A DNA stretch of 64,000 bases from the human T2T-CHM13v2.0 reference genome, Homo sapiens: the NCBI RefSeq assembly GCF_009914755.1, contig NC_060932.1; one strand, given 5' to 3'. This document shows, piece after piece, positions 12,994-28,500 of the stretch. The translations under genes were made by a program, and so were the position numbers. The notes under the pieces are model-generated. The model searched no databases. It was not told where the DNA came from and was given only the letters and a program-made list of their open reading frames with translations. The first letter of the stretch is position 1, and each line of letters starts with the position of its first letter.

Positions 12994-14115
12994 GACTGTG
13001 CATCTGATTTTGAAAAGATGTTGGAGCCATGAGTTTGGATAGAAAAAAAGAAGGAAAATCAAGCGCACTGGAGACACTGGCTCTTGAAAGGACCCTGGAA
13101 TGCCAGCAGTGCTTCTTGCTTCCCCTCCTACCAGCCTGGTCCAAGGCAGCATCTTCTTCTACTGAGATAACTGCAGTAGCTCCTAACTAGTCTCCCTCCT
13201 CCATGTTTTACCCACCTATAAACCCACATAGCAGTCAGTGTGGTGCTTTTAAGACATATGTCAGATTAGGTCACCCCAGTGCTCCAAACCCTGCAATGTT
13301 CCCCCTCTTCATTCAGAGTAAAATAAAAGTCCTTGTAAGGCCACACAAGTTCCCATTGGGCGGTCAGGTTCTCCATTGTGTCTGGAATCTTCTCTCCTAC
13401 AGTTCTGTATCTCTCATTTACTCCTCTTGCCTTTTTTTGGAAGTCCTAGGCACCCTCTTACCACAAGGCCTTTGTTCCAGCTTGTGCCTCTGACTCAGAC
13501 ATTCGTGTCCTAGATAGCCCCTTATTTAACTCCTTCTCTTCCCTCAAGATTTTGTTCATATTTCACCTTCTCAATGAGGCCCACCCTGACCACTTACTTA
13601 AAGTTGCAACCTAACTTCACATTCCCATCCCTCTTATTGTGCTCTGCTTTTCCTTTCTTCCACAAATATTTACTACTTTCTAAAGACAATGTAATTGACT
13701 ACAGTAGTCCCTTTTTATCCACAATTTCTCATTTTGCAGTTTCAGTTACCTGCAGTCAACTGTAGTCTGAAAATATTAAATGGGACACTCCAAAAATAAA
13801 CAATTCATAAGTTTTAAATTGGGTGCCATTCTGAGTAGCGTGATGAAATCTCACACCATCCCTTTCCGTCCTGCCCAAGACATGAATATTCCTTTGTCTA
13901 GCATTTCCACGCTGTATGCCCTGCCTGCCCCTTAGTCACTTAGTAGGCATTTCAGTTATCAGATCAACGGATTACAAGAAGAAGAGTGAGTACAGTACGA
14001 TGAGATATTTTGAGAGACAGAGAGAAACCATACTCACATAACTTTTATTATAGTATATTGTTATAACTGTTCTACTGTATTATTAGCTATTGTTGTTAAG
14101 CTCCTACCATACCTA

Positions 14116-15825
<1,710 letters not shown>

Positions 15826-16329
15826 GTATGTATAGAAAAAAAACATAGTGTATATGTGGTTTGGTACTATCTGCAGTTTCAGGCATCGACTGGGGGTGGT
15901 CTCAGAACATACTCCCAGTGATAAGGATAAGGAGAGACTACCATATTTTCCCATGTTTCTAGTCCATTGCCTCTCTCACTCAGAATGTGGGCTTCGTGAG
16001 CATCATATTCACTGGTATATCTCAAACTCCTTAGAACAGTGCCTGGCACATTGTAGACAGTCCATAGGTATTTTTTGGATGAATTAATATATTTAGCTAT
16101 CAGAAAGCCTTAGTAAGCTCTCTAAAGATTTATGAATGAAAAGTCAGAGGCTACTTCTTTGTGCCAAGTGAATATACTACTCTTTGTAAATCTCATCAGA
16201 AGTGTGTCTACTGAGCTGCAAAAAATTTATTTGAAAGCTGAAGGAAGTGAATGATATTTTTATCTAACTCTTTTGCATTTGATGCAAGGTACAGTCACCA
16301 AATAAATATTTATAACAACCTTCATATAA

Positions 16330-16970
16330 GCTTATAACATATCAATTGATCATTTCATTCAATTAAGCCTCCCCAACAACATTGTAAGATAGGCATTATC
16401 ATACCTGTTTAATTGTTAAAGAAAATGAAACTCAGAAAGCTTAAGTGGCTTGCTCAAATTCTCACAAATTTAGTAAATGGGGGAGCTGGGTCTCAATTAC
16501 AGACTTTATGTTCCATTGAAGATGCTTCTTAGCTTAGCTCTATTATATGGAGAAATAGCATATGTAGTACCAAGCACAATAATTAAATACTGAAGAAATT
16601 TAACAATGTTATATCTATAGCCTGAGAGGTTTATATACATTTTTAACTAAATATATACATCTATATCCATGTCTCTTTCTATTTTTGTATCTTCTATCTA
16701 CATATCTATCTATTAATCCATCCATTCATCCATACATATGCACATGTATAAATTTATTGAGTACATAATCTGAGCAAGGCAAGTATTATGTGCTATGCAA
16801 ATATTATCTCAGTTTTATTCTATCCCAAACACCAGAATTAAGGTATCCCATTTTAATGATGAGAAAGCTGAGGTGCAAAGAGGCTAACTAATTTTCCCCA
16901 AGTTAACAGCAGAAGGAGCCACAATGTGAACCTGGAAAGTCTAACTGCATAGTCAATGCTCCCAACCATC
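16330..16970 (-). mobile_element. Two MIR fragments (~16330-16540 and ~16730-16970)
   Basis: MIR cores gaaaatgaaactcagaaagcttaagtggcttgctcaa and cccattttaatgatgagaaagctgaggtgcaaagaggctaac. Confidence 0.75.
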
Positions 16971-18009
16971 TCAGCATGCTTTTTCCTTCCTCAATTAATG
17001 AGAACACATTTCATTATATTAATTTGATAATATTTAGAGGGATATAATTTCTGAACTGCTTTGTTCCATCTCTAAAAGGCTTAGTTTATTATAATGCCTT
17101 TGGCTGGCATTCTTCTGTAAGTGTGGTGGTTTACCAGGCCTTCTGTCCTAGGTAAGAATGACATAAAATGTCTACTGCAGTTAGGTTAGTGTCTCCCTCC
17201 TGACAGGGCTCCACTTTTCCTTGGAGCCACATATTTAATGTAAGGTGCTCAGTCATCAAGCACATACATCAGCGGCTCTACAGACTGGCTATTATCAACC
17301 CAATTCCTGGAGGCTGAGCCCAGCAAATCAGAATTCTACATTTAAAATAGGTGTTTTCAAAGCAACCTTCTTATCTTAAAATGTGGTTAAGTTTCCTTCA
17401 TTGGTTAAAACATGTTCTGCTGTTTGCCAGCTTCATAGGTACGGACATTTTAATCTAAGCAGTTTGGAATGGGAGGGTGTGAAGAGTGACCAAGCTAAAA
17501 TGTCAAGTTCAGACTGCAAATATATAATTTAAGAGATATGTGTCTAAGAAAGCAATCCATGTGTCTATAAGCTCACTTCAACTATGCTCCAGAAGTCCCC
17601 TGAAACTCTGAACCTGATCAGAATTCAAGATGGAAGCTTCTTTGACCCTAGCAGAACTAGGCAATACTTCTCATTGCTTCTCTTTGCTGGTCTGTTATTA
17701 CCATTCAAGGAAACAGAGAGCAGAGGGAAACCATACTTCTATTTTTAATAAATCAAAATAGCATATGTAACCATGTTTCTTGAGGCTTTACCATCAATCT
17801 GTGATATAGGCATTCTTTCGTTTAAAGGAATGGAATTGCAATCAGGTTGGATAAGGCTGTGCAATCTAGTAATTAGTCTAAAATGAGTACAAACCTATTC
17901 CCGAATGTAATTATAAGAATAGGTTTTTTTTTGTGAATGCTGTCTGACTTTTATTGGGCTGCTCCACTAAATTCCCATTAGACCTATCTTGATTTATTTT
18001 AAACACTGG

Positions 18010-18220
18010 TCATTTATTCATCGTTTCATTTAACAAACATTTATTGAACGTCTACTATGTGATAGAAACTGTGCTACACATCAGGGCTAGGGAGATAAGT
18101 TAGATACAGTTTCTAACTTCAAGGCATTTACAATGTCATAAGAAAATAACCACTTGAACAGATAATGATAATATAATGTGGTAAGTCTAGTGATGGAGAT
18201 ACTTATACAAGACACTGTGC
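18010..18220 (-). mobile_element. L2 3' end fragment
   Basis: ttcatttaacaaacatttattgaacgtctactatgtgatagaaactgtgcta. Confidence 0.75.
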
Positions 18221-20794
18221 CTATGAATTGTTTAAACCAATTTCTTCTGTATATGAAAGCAAATCAGAAATAGAAACTGCTACCCTGCTGCATGCAAAAT
18301 TGTTTACCGTAGTACACAATATGTGCAGCTATGCCATCAAATCATTACATACATGGCATAGATCTACTTCATTATTTTGGACATACATTTAAAAATAGCA
18401 TTCTACACAGTGTGCATTATTATTTTTTACTTCTTAATGACCAAGTTCTAGTCAATTTTTTATCTCTGGTTCTCAATCACAAAGATCTTTCTTTATTCCT
18501 CTTCCTGACTAGCTATATATTTTTTAAAATTTGTATTTATACTTGTTTCTTCAGAATGTAGGATTGTTTGTCCTGCTTTTTCAGTGCCCAACTATTATTT
18601 TCATGAATGTCTTTCACTGTTATTGATTGGCAAACAAGTCAAATCCTAAAACTACAGAGTAACAGGCTAATCCCAGCTCTATTCCCCATTAGCAAGAGCA
18701 CGTCCTTGCTCTCCAACCAGAGTGAGAAGGCAAATATGCTACTCCCACTCAGATTGAGCACATTATTTACATTCTCTGTTGGGGGTTGAATGAGTTATAT
18801 CACTAGGAAAATTAATTCCTGCACTTCCCATTTTACTTACAGAGTTTGTTGGTGCTTGTGGAAAGAGTAAAATTACAAATCCTGATAAGTTAATGGCAGA
18901 GACCCTGTGTAAATTTGTTTGGAAATTTTCTTCATCTAATCATATCACCTTTAGATGTGCATGGTCAGTGTGTAGAGCTGCACTTCTTTGCATAATCAAA
19001 TAGGGTCTTGAAATTGTCAGTGCTTCTCTGAAGAGAGAAGGTGAAAGCAATGAAAAGAGGGGAGAGGGGCAAAACAAACTAATGGTAGGCAAGGAGCCTG
19101 GAAAGAAAGACAGCCATGGGAAATGAACAGTGGCGGGTTTGATAAAGGATTTTAAGGAACAAAGATGCTATTAACATCTGCTTTCTAGTTTTTTGGTGAT
19201 ACTGTCATTTAACTGCCTCAGATATCCACAAGACTTTAAAACTCTGCTACATAAAGCAATCCTGTGTTTGAGGTTGTTTAGGGAACACAAAAGTAAAATG
19301 GTCTGTAGTGCACATTAAGGTCATCTTGGGGGAGACAAGAGACCAGCCACAGGCAGGAAGAAAAGCACAGGGGAGGCTGAAACTTCAGTGGGAAAAGAAA
19401 CATTAAAGCAAGAAATGACAGGAGTAAGGTAATCCCCTAAAAATTCCTGGATTTGGGATTGCGATGTGTATCTCTGGAAGTGTGTGCAAGTGTGTGCTTT
19501 AGGTATATGTTAGAAGGTAGCAGAAGATGTTGAGTTTCTCACTACAGGTGGAATAATATTTGAAACATATTAATTTAAAAATTGCAAAATTAAGATAATC
19601 CATAATTCTAAAGGATTAGGGGATTCTAGGGAGAAGAATACTTGGATTACACAATGAACGTGTTTCAGATGAAATGGTAGTGCTATCCATCAACCACATT
19701 TGCATTGAAATATATTTATTTTTGTATGTTTGTTTTACAGATTAGATAGCTCAGATGGTTCAAGTCTCTACCAATGAAATCAAACTCTGGAGTTTACACC
19801 TCACTCCAAGCATTTCTCTTTGTGCAGAAGAAAATTGTACCAAACTCAAGGCCACCCCAGGATGGTTGATGCGAACATGCAAAATTCTACCTTCTTCCAG
19901 GCCCTTGCAAATGCTGTTTCTTCTGCAGAAACTATCTCCTGCCTTCCAATTCCAGACATGATACCCTGTCAGTCAGTTGCCCTGCAAGACTCAACAAAAG
20001 GGTTTCCTCCCTGTAAATGTTTTTATGTCTCCACTCAGGAAAGAACATCCTCTCCCTCACTTCTCTACATTGTATTCTATATGGACCACCTCAGTGATAG
20101 CTCCGTGAGCCCTACAGAGAAAGTCAGCTACAGTGAATAAATAAGGCTTGGGTAACTATTAGGGACTTTTAAGACAAAATATGCATTTGACAATGAATTA
20201 ATTAACATTATGTAACACTTGATTCAATTGCATTGTTTTGCATGTAGCATATATCAACCTCCCTGTATTGCAGTGAGTCATTCCAGATGTAGGGAACACA
20301 TGTACTCATCTCATCCTTGAATCCCACGTTCTTCCATACTAAGTGTTTATTAGTAGATGTGTGTTACATGAATAAATTAATAAATTGGTGAATGAATGGA
20401 TGCGTAGATGGTTATGTAAAAGGATAGATAAATTTCTTACCCCTTGACACACTATTTTCCCAGAAGATGCAAGGCTTTTATTTATGTTGTTATATTTTGC
20501 TGGGGGATTTTCTTGTTTGTGATTTTTCATTCACTATGTAAAGAAGAAAATAGATACCTGTGAACTGAAGCAAACCTAAAACAAATTGCCTAAGACCATG
20601 ACCAACTTGTCTACAATCATAATCATAAAATACATTGCATATAAATATATCATAGTTGATCATAAAGGAGAATAAGAAAGAGACGATAGGTGAATTAATG
20701 AAAACCTGACACCACAAGTAAAAAAAAAATAAAATCAAAAGCCGAGGGGGTTAATCAGATGATTTTATGGTAGAAAAAACACTTCCATTTATGT

Positions 20795-20822
20795 TATATG
20801 TGTGTGTGTATGTGTGTATGTT

Positions 20823-20862
<40 letters not shown>
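20795..20862. repeat. Compound (TG)n(TA)n microsatellite
   Basis: Directly visible. Confidence 0.95.
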
Positions 20863-20906
20863 ATATGTCAGATTACATATATATTTCAGAACTAGATCTA
20901 AGAACA

Positions 20907-21070
20907 AGACTGGATCTATAATTTGTGAGGCCCAGTGCAAGACAAAAATGCAGAATCTCATGTTCAAAAATTCAGAATTTCAAGATGGCAACAGAAGAGC
21001 ATTAAATCAATCACAGAGTCCAAGTTCAGGTGCCTATGTGATTGTTCAAATGCCACAAAGTCAGCCCTAC
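20907..21070 (-). mobile_element. MER45A (hAT-Tip100)
   Basis: ataatttgtgaggcccagtgcaa...gaatttcaagatggcaacagaagagcattaaa...gtcagccct. Confidence 0.8.
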
Positions 21071-21349
21071 CTAATTATTCCCTTTCTACAATCTTTAGAT
21101 AAAAATTTTGTTTGCTTACAATTACAATATATATAAGTATAAATATAATGTATTGTTATAAAATTATAATTAACATATTATATATAGTTATATAATTATT
21201 GGCTATCATGCTATCTTTGGCTAGAAGCTACAAAATGTCAAGGATTATAGTCCATGGATATATTGCACTTTGTTACTATTATACATATTATCCATCTCCT
21301 CAAACACTAATGTTTTGTGTTCTAATCCATCAAGATTGTTTACATAGGG

Positions 21350-24300
21350 GAAGGTTCAAAACAGCTGATGAGATGCGGCGAGGGTGTGCCTCTTCCATGG
21401 AGAGGAAATATTGAATAAATATTCACACTTCAAATAGATTTTCTGAGAGAGAAAACTGGAATTCAACAGAGAGGTGATGGGAGACACTGAGGATAAAGAA
21501 AGAAAAAATGGGGCTCCTAGCCTGGGGTCACCAGGAGTGGGCACTGGACCTGTACCCAGAGAAGAAGTAAGTGGAGGATCCTGGGAACTTACATTCTTAG
21601 CATGGACCTTTGTGATCCTAGCTACAAGAGAGTTCCATGGCTTGACAAACTGACTGCAGACTGCTTGGTTCTGGCCTCACCATTCTGGCCTGCTTTTGCT
21701 GGCTGGACACTGAAGACAGAACCTTCAGGTTGGGGTGTGGAAGCTGGGTGGGTCCCAGTGCCACTTGCTAGGCTGCAGACTCTAGCAAACCCTCTTCCCC
21801 CACATAGGTACTGTGGCCCAGGAAAAGTACTTTCACCCCTCCCTGGAAGATTACCCCAGTGGCTTGAGAGCTGCCCCCTAATCCCCACTAGGGTCAGCAC
21901 TTATGCTTGCCATGGATAGCCTAGTTACACCTCCACTGACCCACCCAGCCCAGCTTTGGCCCCTACAATCACCTTGGAAGCAAAGCACAAGGATGAGTAG
22001 CCCTGAGATTTCCACAGCCCGCCCATCACTGGAGACACATTAGTACTTCTCCTGGCTAGTAAAAGCTAAGAAGAAAATCCCACTGCTACCACTGCAGCTG
22101 CCTCTCTTCAGGGCTATATGACACTATCATATAGCCCTCAACTAGTATTTATCCACAAAAGTGAGACAGCTACTGGCCAGTAGGGAGAACTGCACAACCC
22201 ATTCCATTTCCTGCACAGAATTGGGCAGCACTGGGGAATGAGACAAGACTCCTGGACCTCCACTTTTCTGTCTCTACTGATGGCAGTGAGCCCAAACAGA
22301 CACCCAGTACACCACTATTACCACCTACAAACAACCAGTATTTATGAAAACCACTACACTAAGGCTGTCTGTAACCAAAAAATTCATGCAGAACCTTGGC
22401 CCCCTAAAAGCACAAAGAAGCAAAGTCGAAGGACTCTCCCCAACATATGCTACAGTCAAACTCTCAAAAGCTAAAAATTAAAGTCCCATCCAAATGAAAG
22501 TAAATTCAAAAATAAGAAGTGACAGATTCTCCAGATGAAAACAAAATGGCATAAGATCCCTGGCACCATGAAAAACCAGACTGTAGCAACACCTTCAAAG
22601 GATCACATACTACCTCTCTAGCAGTGACTCCTAACCAAAATGAAAATTCTGAATGAAAGCTAATTCAACATATGGATTTAAAGGAAGATCAATGAGGTTC
22701 AACAGATTGTTGAAAGCCAACACAATGAAATAAGAAAAATAATTCAAAGTATAAATAAAACATTCTCTAAAGAGATAGATATTTTATAAAGAAGAATTTT
22801 TGGAAATGAAAAATTTGCTGAAGGATAACAAAATATAGTTAAAAGCTTTAACAGTAGACTAGACCAAGCAGAAGAAAGAATTTCACAGCTTGAAGACAGG
22901 TATTTAGAATTAACCAAGTCAGATAAAAAAGAAAAAAAATTTAAATGAACAAAGCCTTCAAGAAAGATAAGATTATGTAAAGCAACCAAACCTATGGGTT
23001 ACAGGCATTCTGAGGAAGAAGAAAAAATAAAAACTTTGGGAAGTTATTTGAGGGAATAATTTTAAAAAATTCCCTAGTCTTCCTGGAGATGTGGATATCC
23101 AGATACAAGAAGCACATAGAACATCTGGAAGATACTTTGCAATACTAACATCACCAAGGCATACAGTCATTAGACTATCTAACGTCAATGTAAAGGAAAA
23201 AAATCCTAAAAGAAACAAGAGAGAAGCATCAAGTCGCCCAGAAAGAAAATTCCATTAAACTAACAGAGAATTTCTCAGCAGAAACCTTACAAGCCAGGAG
23301 GCACTGGGGTACTATTTTCAGTCTTCTTAAATAAAAATACAGCCAACCAAGAATTTTGTATCCTGCTAAACTAAGTTTCATAAATGAAAGATAAATAAAA
23401 TATTTCCTAGACAAGATGCTAAGGTAATTTGTCACCACTTGACCAGCCCTATTAAAAATGCTCACAGGAATTCTAAATGTGGAAACTCAAGTGTGATACG
23501 TGCTATCATAAAAAGACATGAAACTATAAAACTCATAGATCTTATAAAGCAACCACACAATTAAGACTACAAAGCAACTAAGTAACAACCTCACAATAGG
23601 AACAAACCTTCACATATTAATATTTACCTTGAACATAAGTGAAATAAATGCTCCACTTAAAAGATAAATACTGGCAGAATGGACAAGAATACCAGATCCA
23701 AACATATATTTTCTACAAGAAACCCACCTAATTGTCAAAGGCATTTATACTTAAGTAGGTGGAAAAAGATATTTCACACAAAAAGAAAACAAAAGTAAGC
23801 AGGAGTAGCTATACTTATATAAGATAAAACAGACTTTAAGTCAATGACAGTAAAAATAAAAACAGGAAGAAGTCATTGTATAATAATAAAGGAATCAATT
23901 CAATAAGATGTAACAATCCTAAATATATATGCACCCAACACTGAGCATCCAGATTCATAAAACAAATACTAGTAGATCTAAGAAAATAGATAGAAAGCAA
24001 TCCAATAATAGTAGGGAACTTCAATAACCCCATCAAAAACACTAAACAGAACATCAAGGCAAAAAAATCAACAAAGAAATTTTGGACTTTAATTAGACTC
24101 TAGACCAAATGAATCTGACATACATTTACAGAACATTCTACCCTACAGCCATAGAATATATATTCTTCTCATGTGTGAATTAAACATTTTTGAAAATTTA
24201 CTATGTTCTAGGCCACAAGACAAGTCTCAATAAGTTTCTAAAAATCAGAATCATAGCAAGCATCTCCTTGGACCACAGTGAAATAAAACTAGAAATCAAT

Positions 24301-27295
24301 ACCAAGAGAAACTCTCAAAACTATACAAATACATCTAAATCAAGCAACTTGCTTCTGAATGATCTTTGAATAAAGAATAAAATTAGGGGAAAAAATTTGG
24401 AACAAATGAGCATGGAGCCACAACATACCAAAACCACTGGGATACAGAAAAAGCAGTGCTAAGACGGAAGTTTATAGCATTAAATGCCTACATCAAAAAG
24501 ATAGAAAGATCTCAAATTAACAACCTAATGTTATACCACAAAGAATTGCAAACACAGAACAAACAAAAACTGAAGCTAGCAGAAGAAAAGAAATAACAAA
24601 GATCGGAGTAGAACCAAATGAACTTGAGATGAAAGAAAACAATAAAAAAGATCAATGAAATAAAAAGTTGGTTCTTTGAAAAGATAAAATTCGTAGACCA
24701 CTAGCTAGACTGACCAAGAAATAAAGAGAGAGGATTCAAATAAGCACAATCAGATGACATTACAACTGATACCAGAAATACAAAAGATTATTAGAGACTA
24801 TTGTGAGCATCTGCACACACACATACTATAAAGCCTAGAGGAAATAGATAAATTCTGGGAAACACAGAATCTCCCAAGATTGAACCAAGAAGAAATAGAA
24901 ATCCTTACCAGGCCATAAATGAGTAGCACAATTGAATCAGTCATTTTAAAAATTTCCCAACAAAAAAAAGCCCAGGATAAGATGGATTCACTGCTGAATT
25001 CTACCAGACATACAAAGAAGAATGGGCACCAATCCTATGGAAACTATTCCAAAAAATTAAGAAAGAGGGATTCCTCCCTAACTCATTCTATGAAGCCAAT
25101 ATTACACAGATACCAAAGCCAAGTAAAGGCACAACAAAAAAAGAAAACTACAGGCCAATATCCCTGCATAGATGCAAAAAACCTCAACAAAATACTAGCA
25201 AATTTGATCCGACTGTGCATCAAAATGATAATACACCACAATCAAGTGGACTTTATTCCAGGGACGCAAGGATGGTTCAAAATATGTAAATCAATAAATA
25301 TTATTTCACACATAACAGATTTAGAAACAAAAACCGTATGATCATCTCAATAGATGCAAAAAGAGCATTTAATAGGATCCAGCAGCTCTTATTGATAAAA
25401 ACCCTCTATAAACCAGGCATTGAAGAAACATACCTCAAAATTATAAAAGCCATATACAACAAACCATAGCAAATATCATACTGAGTAGGGAAAAGTTGAA
25501 AGCAATCCTCCCTCAGAACTGGAACAAGACAAGGATGCCCACTCTCACTCCTCTTTTTCAGCACAGTATTGAAAGTCTTAGCTGCAGCAATCAGGCAAGA
25601 GAAAGAAATAAAAGGCATATAAATTGGATCAGATGAAGTCTAATTATCTGTTAGCTGATGATATCCTCTTATACCTAGAAAACCCTAAAAACTCCTCCAA
25701 AAGACCCTTAGTTTTGATAAATTAATTCAGTAAAGTCTCAAGATACAAAATCAATGTACAAAAATCAGTAGCATTTCTGTTCAACAAATGATAAGGCTGA
25801 GAAACAAATCAAGAACTAAATCCCACTTAAAATAACTATGAAAAAAAAATTCCAAACAAACCTTGGAATACATTTAACAAAGGAGGTGAAAGATCTCTCC
25901 AAGAAAACTATAAAACACTGATGAAAGAAATTATAAATAACACAAACAAATGGAAAAATGAATTGGAAGAATCAATATTGTTAAAATGACCATACTGCCT
26001 AAAACTATCTACAGATTAAGCTCAACCCCTATCAAATAACCAATGTCATTTTTTATAGAATTAGAGAAAATGCTGAAATATATATATATATATATATAAA
26101 GAGCCTGAATAGAAAAAACAATCTCCACCAAAATCAACAAAGTGGGAAGCATTACATTTCCTGACTTCAGTTTATACTGCAAGTCTCTAGTAACCAAAAC
26201 AGCCTAGTACTGGTGTAAAAATGGACACACAGAACGAAGGAACAGATTAGAGAACCCAGAAATAAAACCACTTTTGTACAGCCAACTATCTTTGACAAAG
26301 TCAACAAAAATATACAGTGAGAAATAGACATTCTATTCAATAAATGATGCTGAGAAAATTGGATAGCCATATGCAAAGAAATAAAACTGGACCCATATCT
26401 CTCACCATATAGTCAAATTAACTTAAAATGGACTAAAGACTTAAATTTAAGACTGAAACTATAAGCATCCTAGAAGAAAAACCAAGGGAAAAATGTACTG
26501 GTCATTGACCTTGGCAAATAATGTCAAGCAAACACAACAAAAACAAAAACAGACAAATGGGACGTAGTTAAACTAAAAAGCGTCTGCACAGCAAAAGCAA
26601 TGATCAACAGAATAAACAGACAACCTACAGAATGTGAGAAATATTTGCAAACTATGCATCCAACAAAGGGCTAATATCCAGACTTTCTAAGGAAATCAAA
26701 CAAGGAAAAAACAAACAAGCAAAAAAAAAAAAAACCTTTAAAAATGTGCAAAGGATATGAATAAATATTTCTTAAAAGAAGACATACAAACAACCAACAA
26801 CCATATGAAAAACTGCTCAGTTTCACTAACCATCAGAGAAATGCAAATTAAAACCACAATGAGATACTATCTTACGCTAGTCAGAATAGATAATACAAAG
26901 AAGTGAAAAAACGACACATGTTGGTGAGGATACAGAGAAAAGGGAACACTTAGACACTGTTGGTGGGAATGGAAATTAGTGCAAACTTTATGGAAAAGTG
27001 TATGGAGATTACCAAAAGAATTTGAAATGGAACTACTATTCAATCCTGCAATTCCAACTACTTGATATCTACCCAAAAGGAAAGAAATCATTATATCGAA
27101 AGACACCTGCACCCGTAAGTTTATCACAACACTACTCACTATAGCAAATACATACAATCAATCTAAGTGTCCATCAATAGATGATTAGATAAAGAAAATA
27201 TAATGTATGTAAGTATATGTATATGTGTGTGTATATATATAATTTATATGGAACATATTTATACACACAGAATCTACTGATGATTGGATAAAGAA

Positions 27296-27330
<35 letters not shown>

Positions 27331-27686
27331 CACTCATCAGGGAATACTATTCAGCCATAAAAAAGAATTAAATCATGTCTTCTGTAGCATGGATGAAGCT
27401 ATAGACCACCATCTTAAGTAAATAACTCAGAAAACACAAGTCCAATATTGCATATTGTCCCTGATAAGTGGGAGCTAAACAATGGGTGCACATGGATTAC
27501 AAGGCGGCATAATAGACACTGGAGACTACAAAAGGTGCAAGAGTGGAAGGTGGGTGAAGTTTGAAAAATCATCAGTTGAGTACAACTTTCACTGTTTGGG
27601 TGATGGGTACACCAAAAGCCACTACACAATAAATGCATGTAAGAAATCTGCACTTTTACATATACAAAAATTAAACACAAATAAAT
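21350..27686 (+). mobile_element. Full-length, decayed L1PB3-like LINE-1 (5'UTR, ORF1, ORF2, 3'UTR)
   Basis: TSD aagattgtttacataggg (21332-21349) / aagattctttacctaggg (27687-27704); EN motif aatatatatgcacccaac; RT-like [13 protein letters not shown] and ADD codons near 25654; 3'UTR atgcatgtaagaaatctgcac; many stops and frameshifts. Confidence 0.92.
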
Positions 27687-28123
27687 AAGATTCTTTACCT
27701 AGGGTCACTGCTTAACATATGGTAAGTACTTGATAAATGTTTAACAGACAAAAAAATTTATTCACTTTCATCTTAGTAAAATAAAAATTTCATCAGAATC
27801 CCTGACCAGTGACAGAGAGAGGTGGAGGGAGAGAGGAATTTACCATACCATGTATGCTTATGTATGTAAATTTTTGAATATACATGGTAGTGTTTGGGAG
27901 CTATATTCTAAAACCTTCCCTTAATGAAGACAGAACATTGCATTTTATAATGTTTCCATAATGAATAAACATATTTCAGTCCTGCCATTCAAAGCATATC
28001 CAAAAAGCAATAGAAAATCACATTTTCTACCATTTGGCGGATCCTCTTCATGTCTGTGTTAACTACAGTTCCTTTGCTCTGCCCCCCCTCAGAAACAGAT
28101 TTCTCAGCTCCTCTAGTAGTGAC

Positions 28124-28500
28124 TGTATTAGTCCATTCTCACAATGCTTTAAACATACTGCCTGAGACTGGGTAATTTATAAAGGAAAGAGGTTCAATTG
28201 ACTCATAGTTCCACATGGCTGCAGAGATCTCAGGAAACTTACAATCATGGTGGAAGGCAAAGGGGAAGCCAGGACCTTTTTCACATGGCAGCAGGAGAGA
28301 GAAGAGCTAGCAAGACCAGGGAAAACTGCCTTATAAAACTATTAGATCTCATGAGAACTCATTATCACTAGAACAGCATGGGGGAAACTGTCCTTATGAT
28401 TCAATCACCTCTCACTGGCTGCCTCCTCTGACACGTGGGGATTATGGGAATTACAATTCGAGATGAGATTTGAGTGGGGACAGAGAGCCAAACAATATCA
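28124..28500 (-). mobile_element. THE1D-like solo LTR
   Basis: tgtattagtccattctcac...gagactgggtaatttataaaggaaagagg...gccaaacaatatca; TSD gtgac/gttac. Confidence 0.9.
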
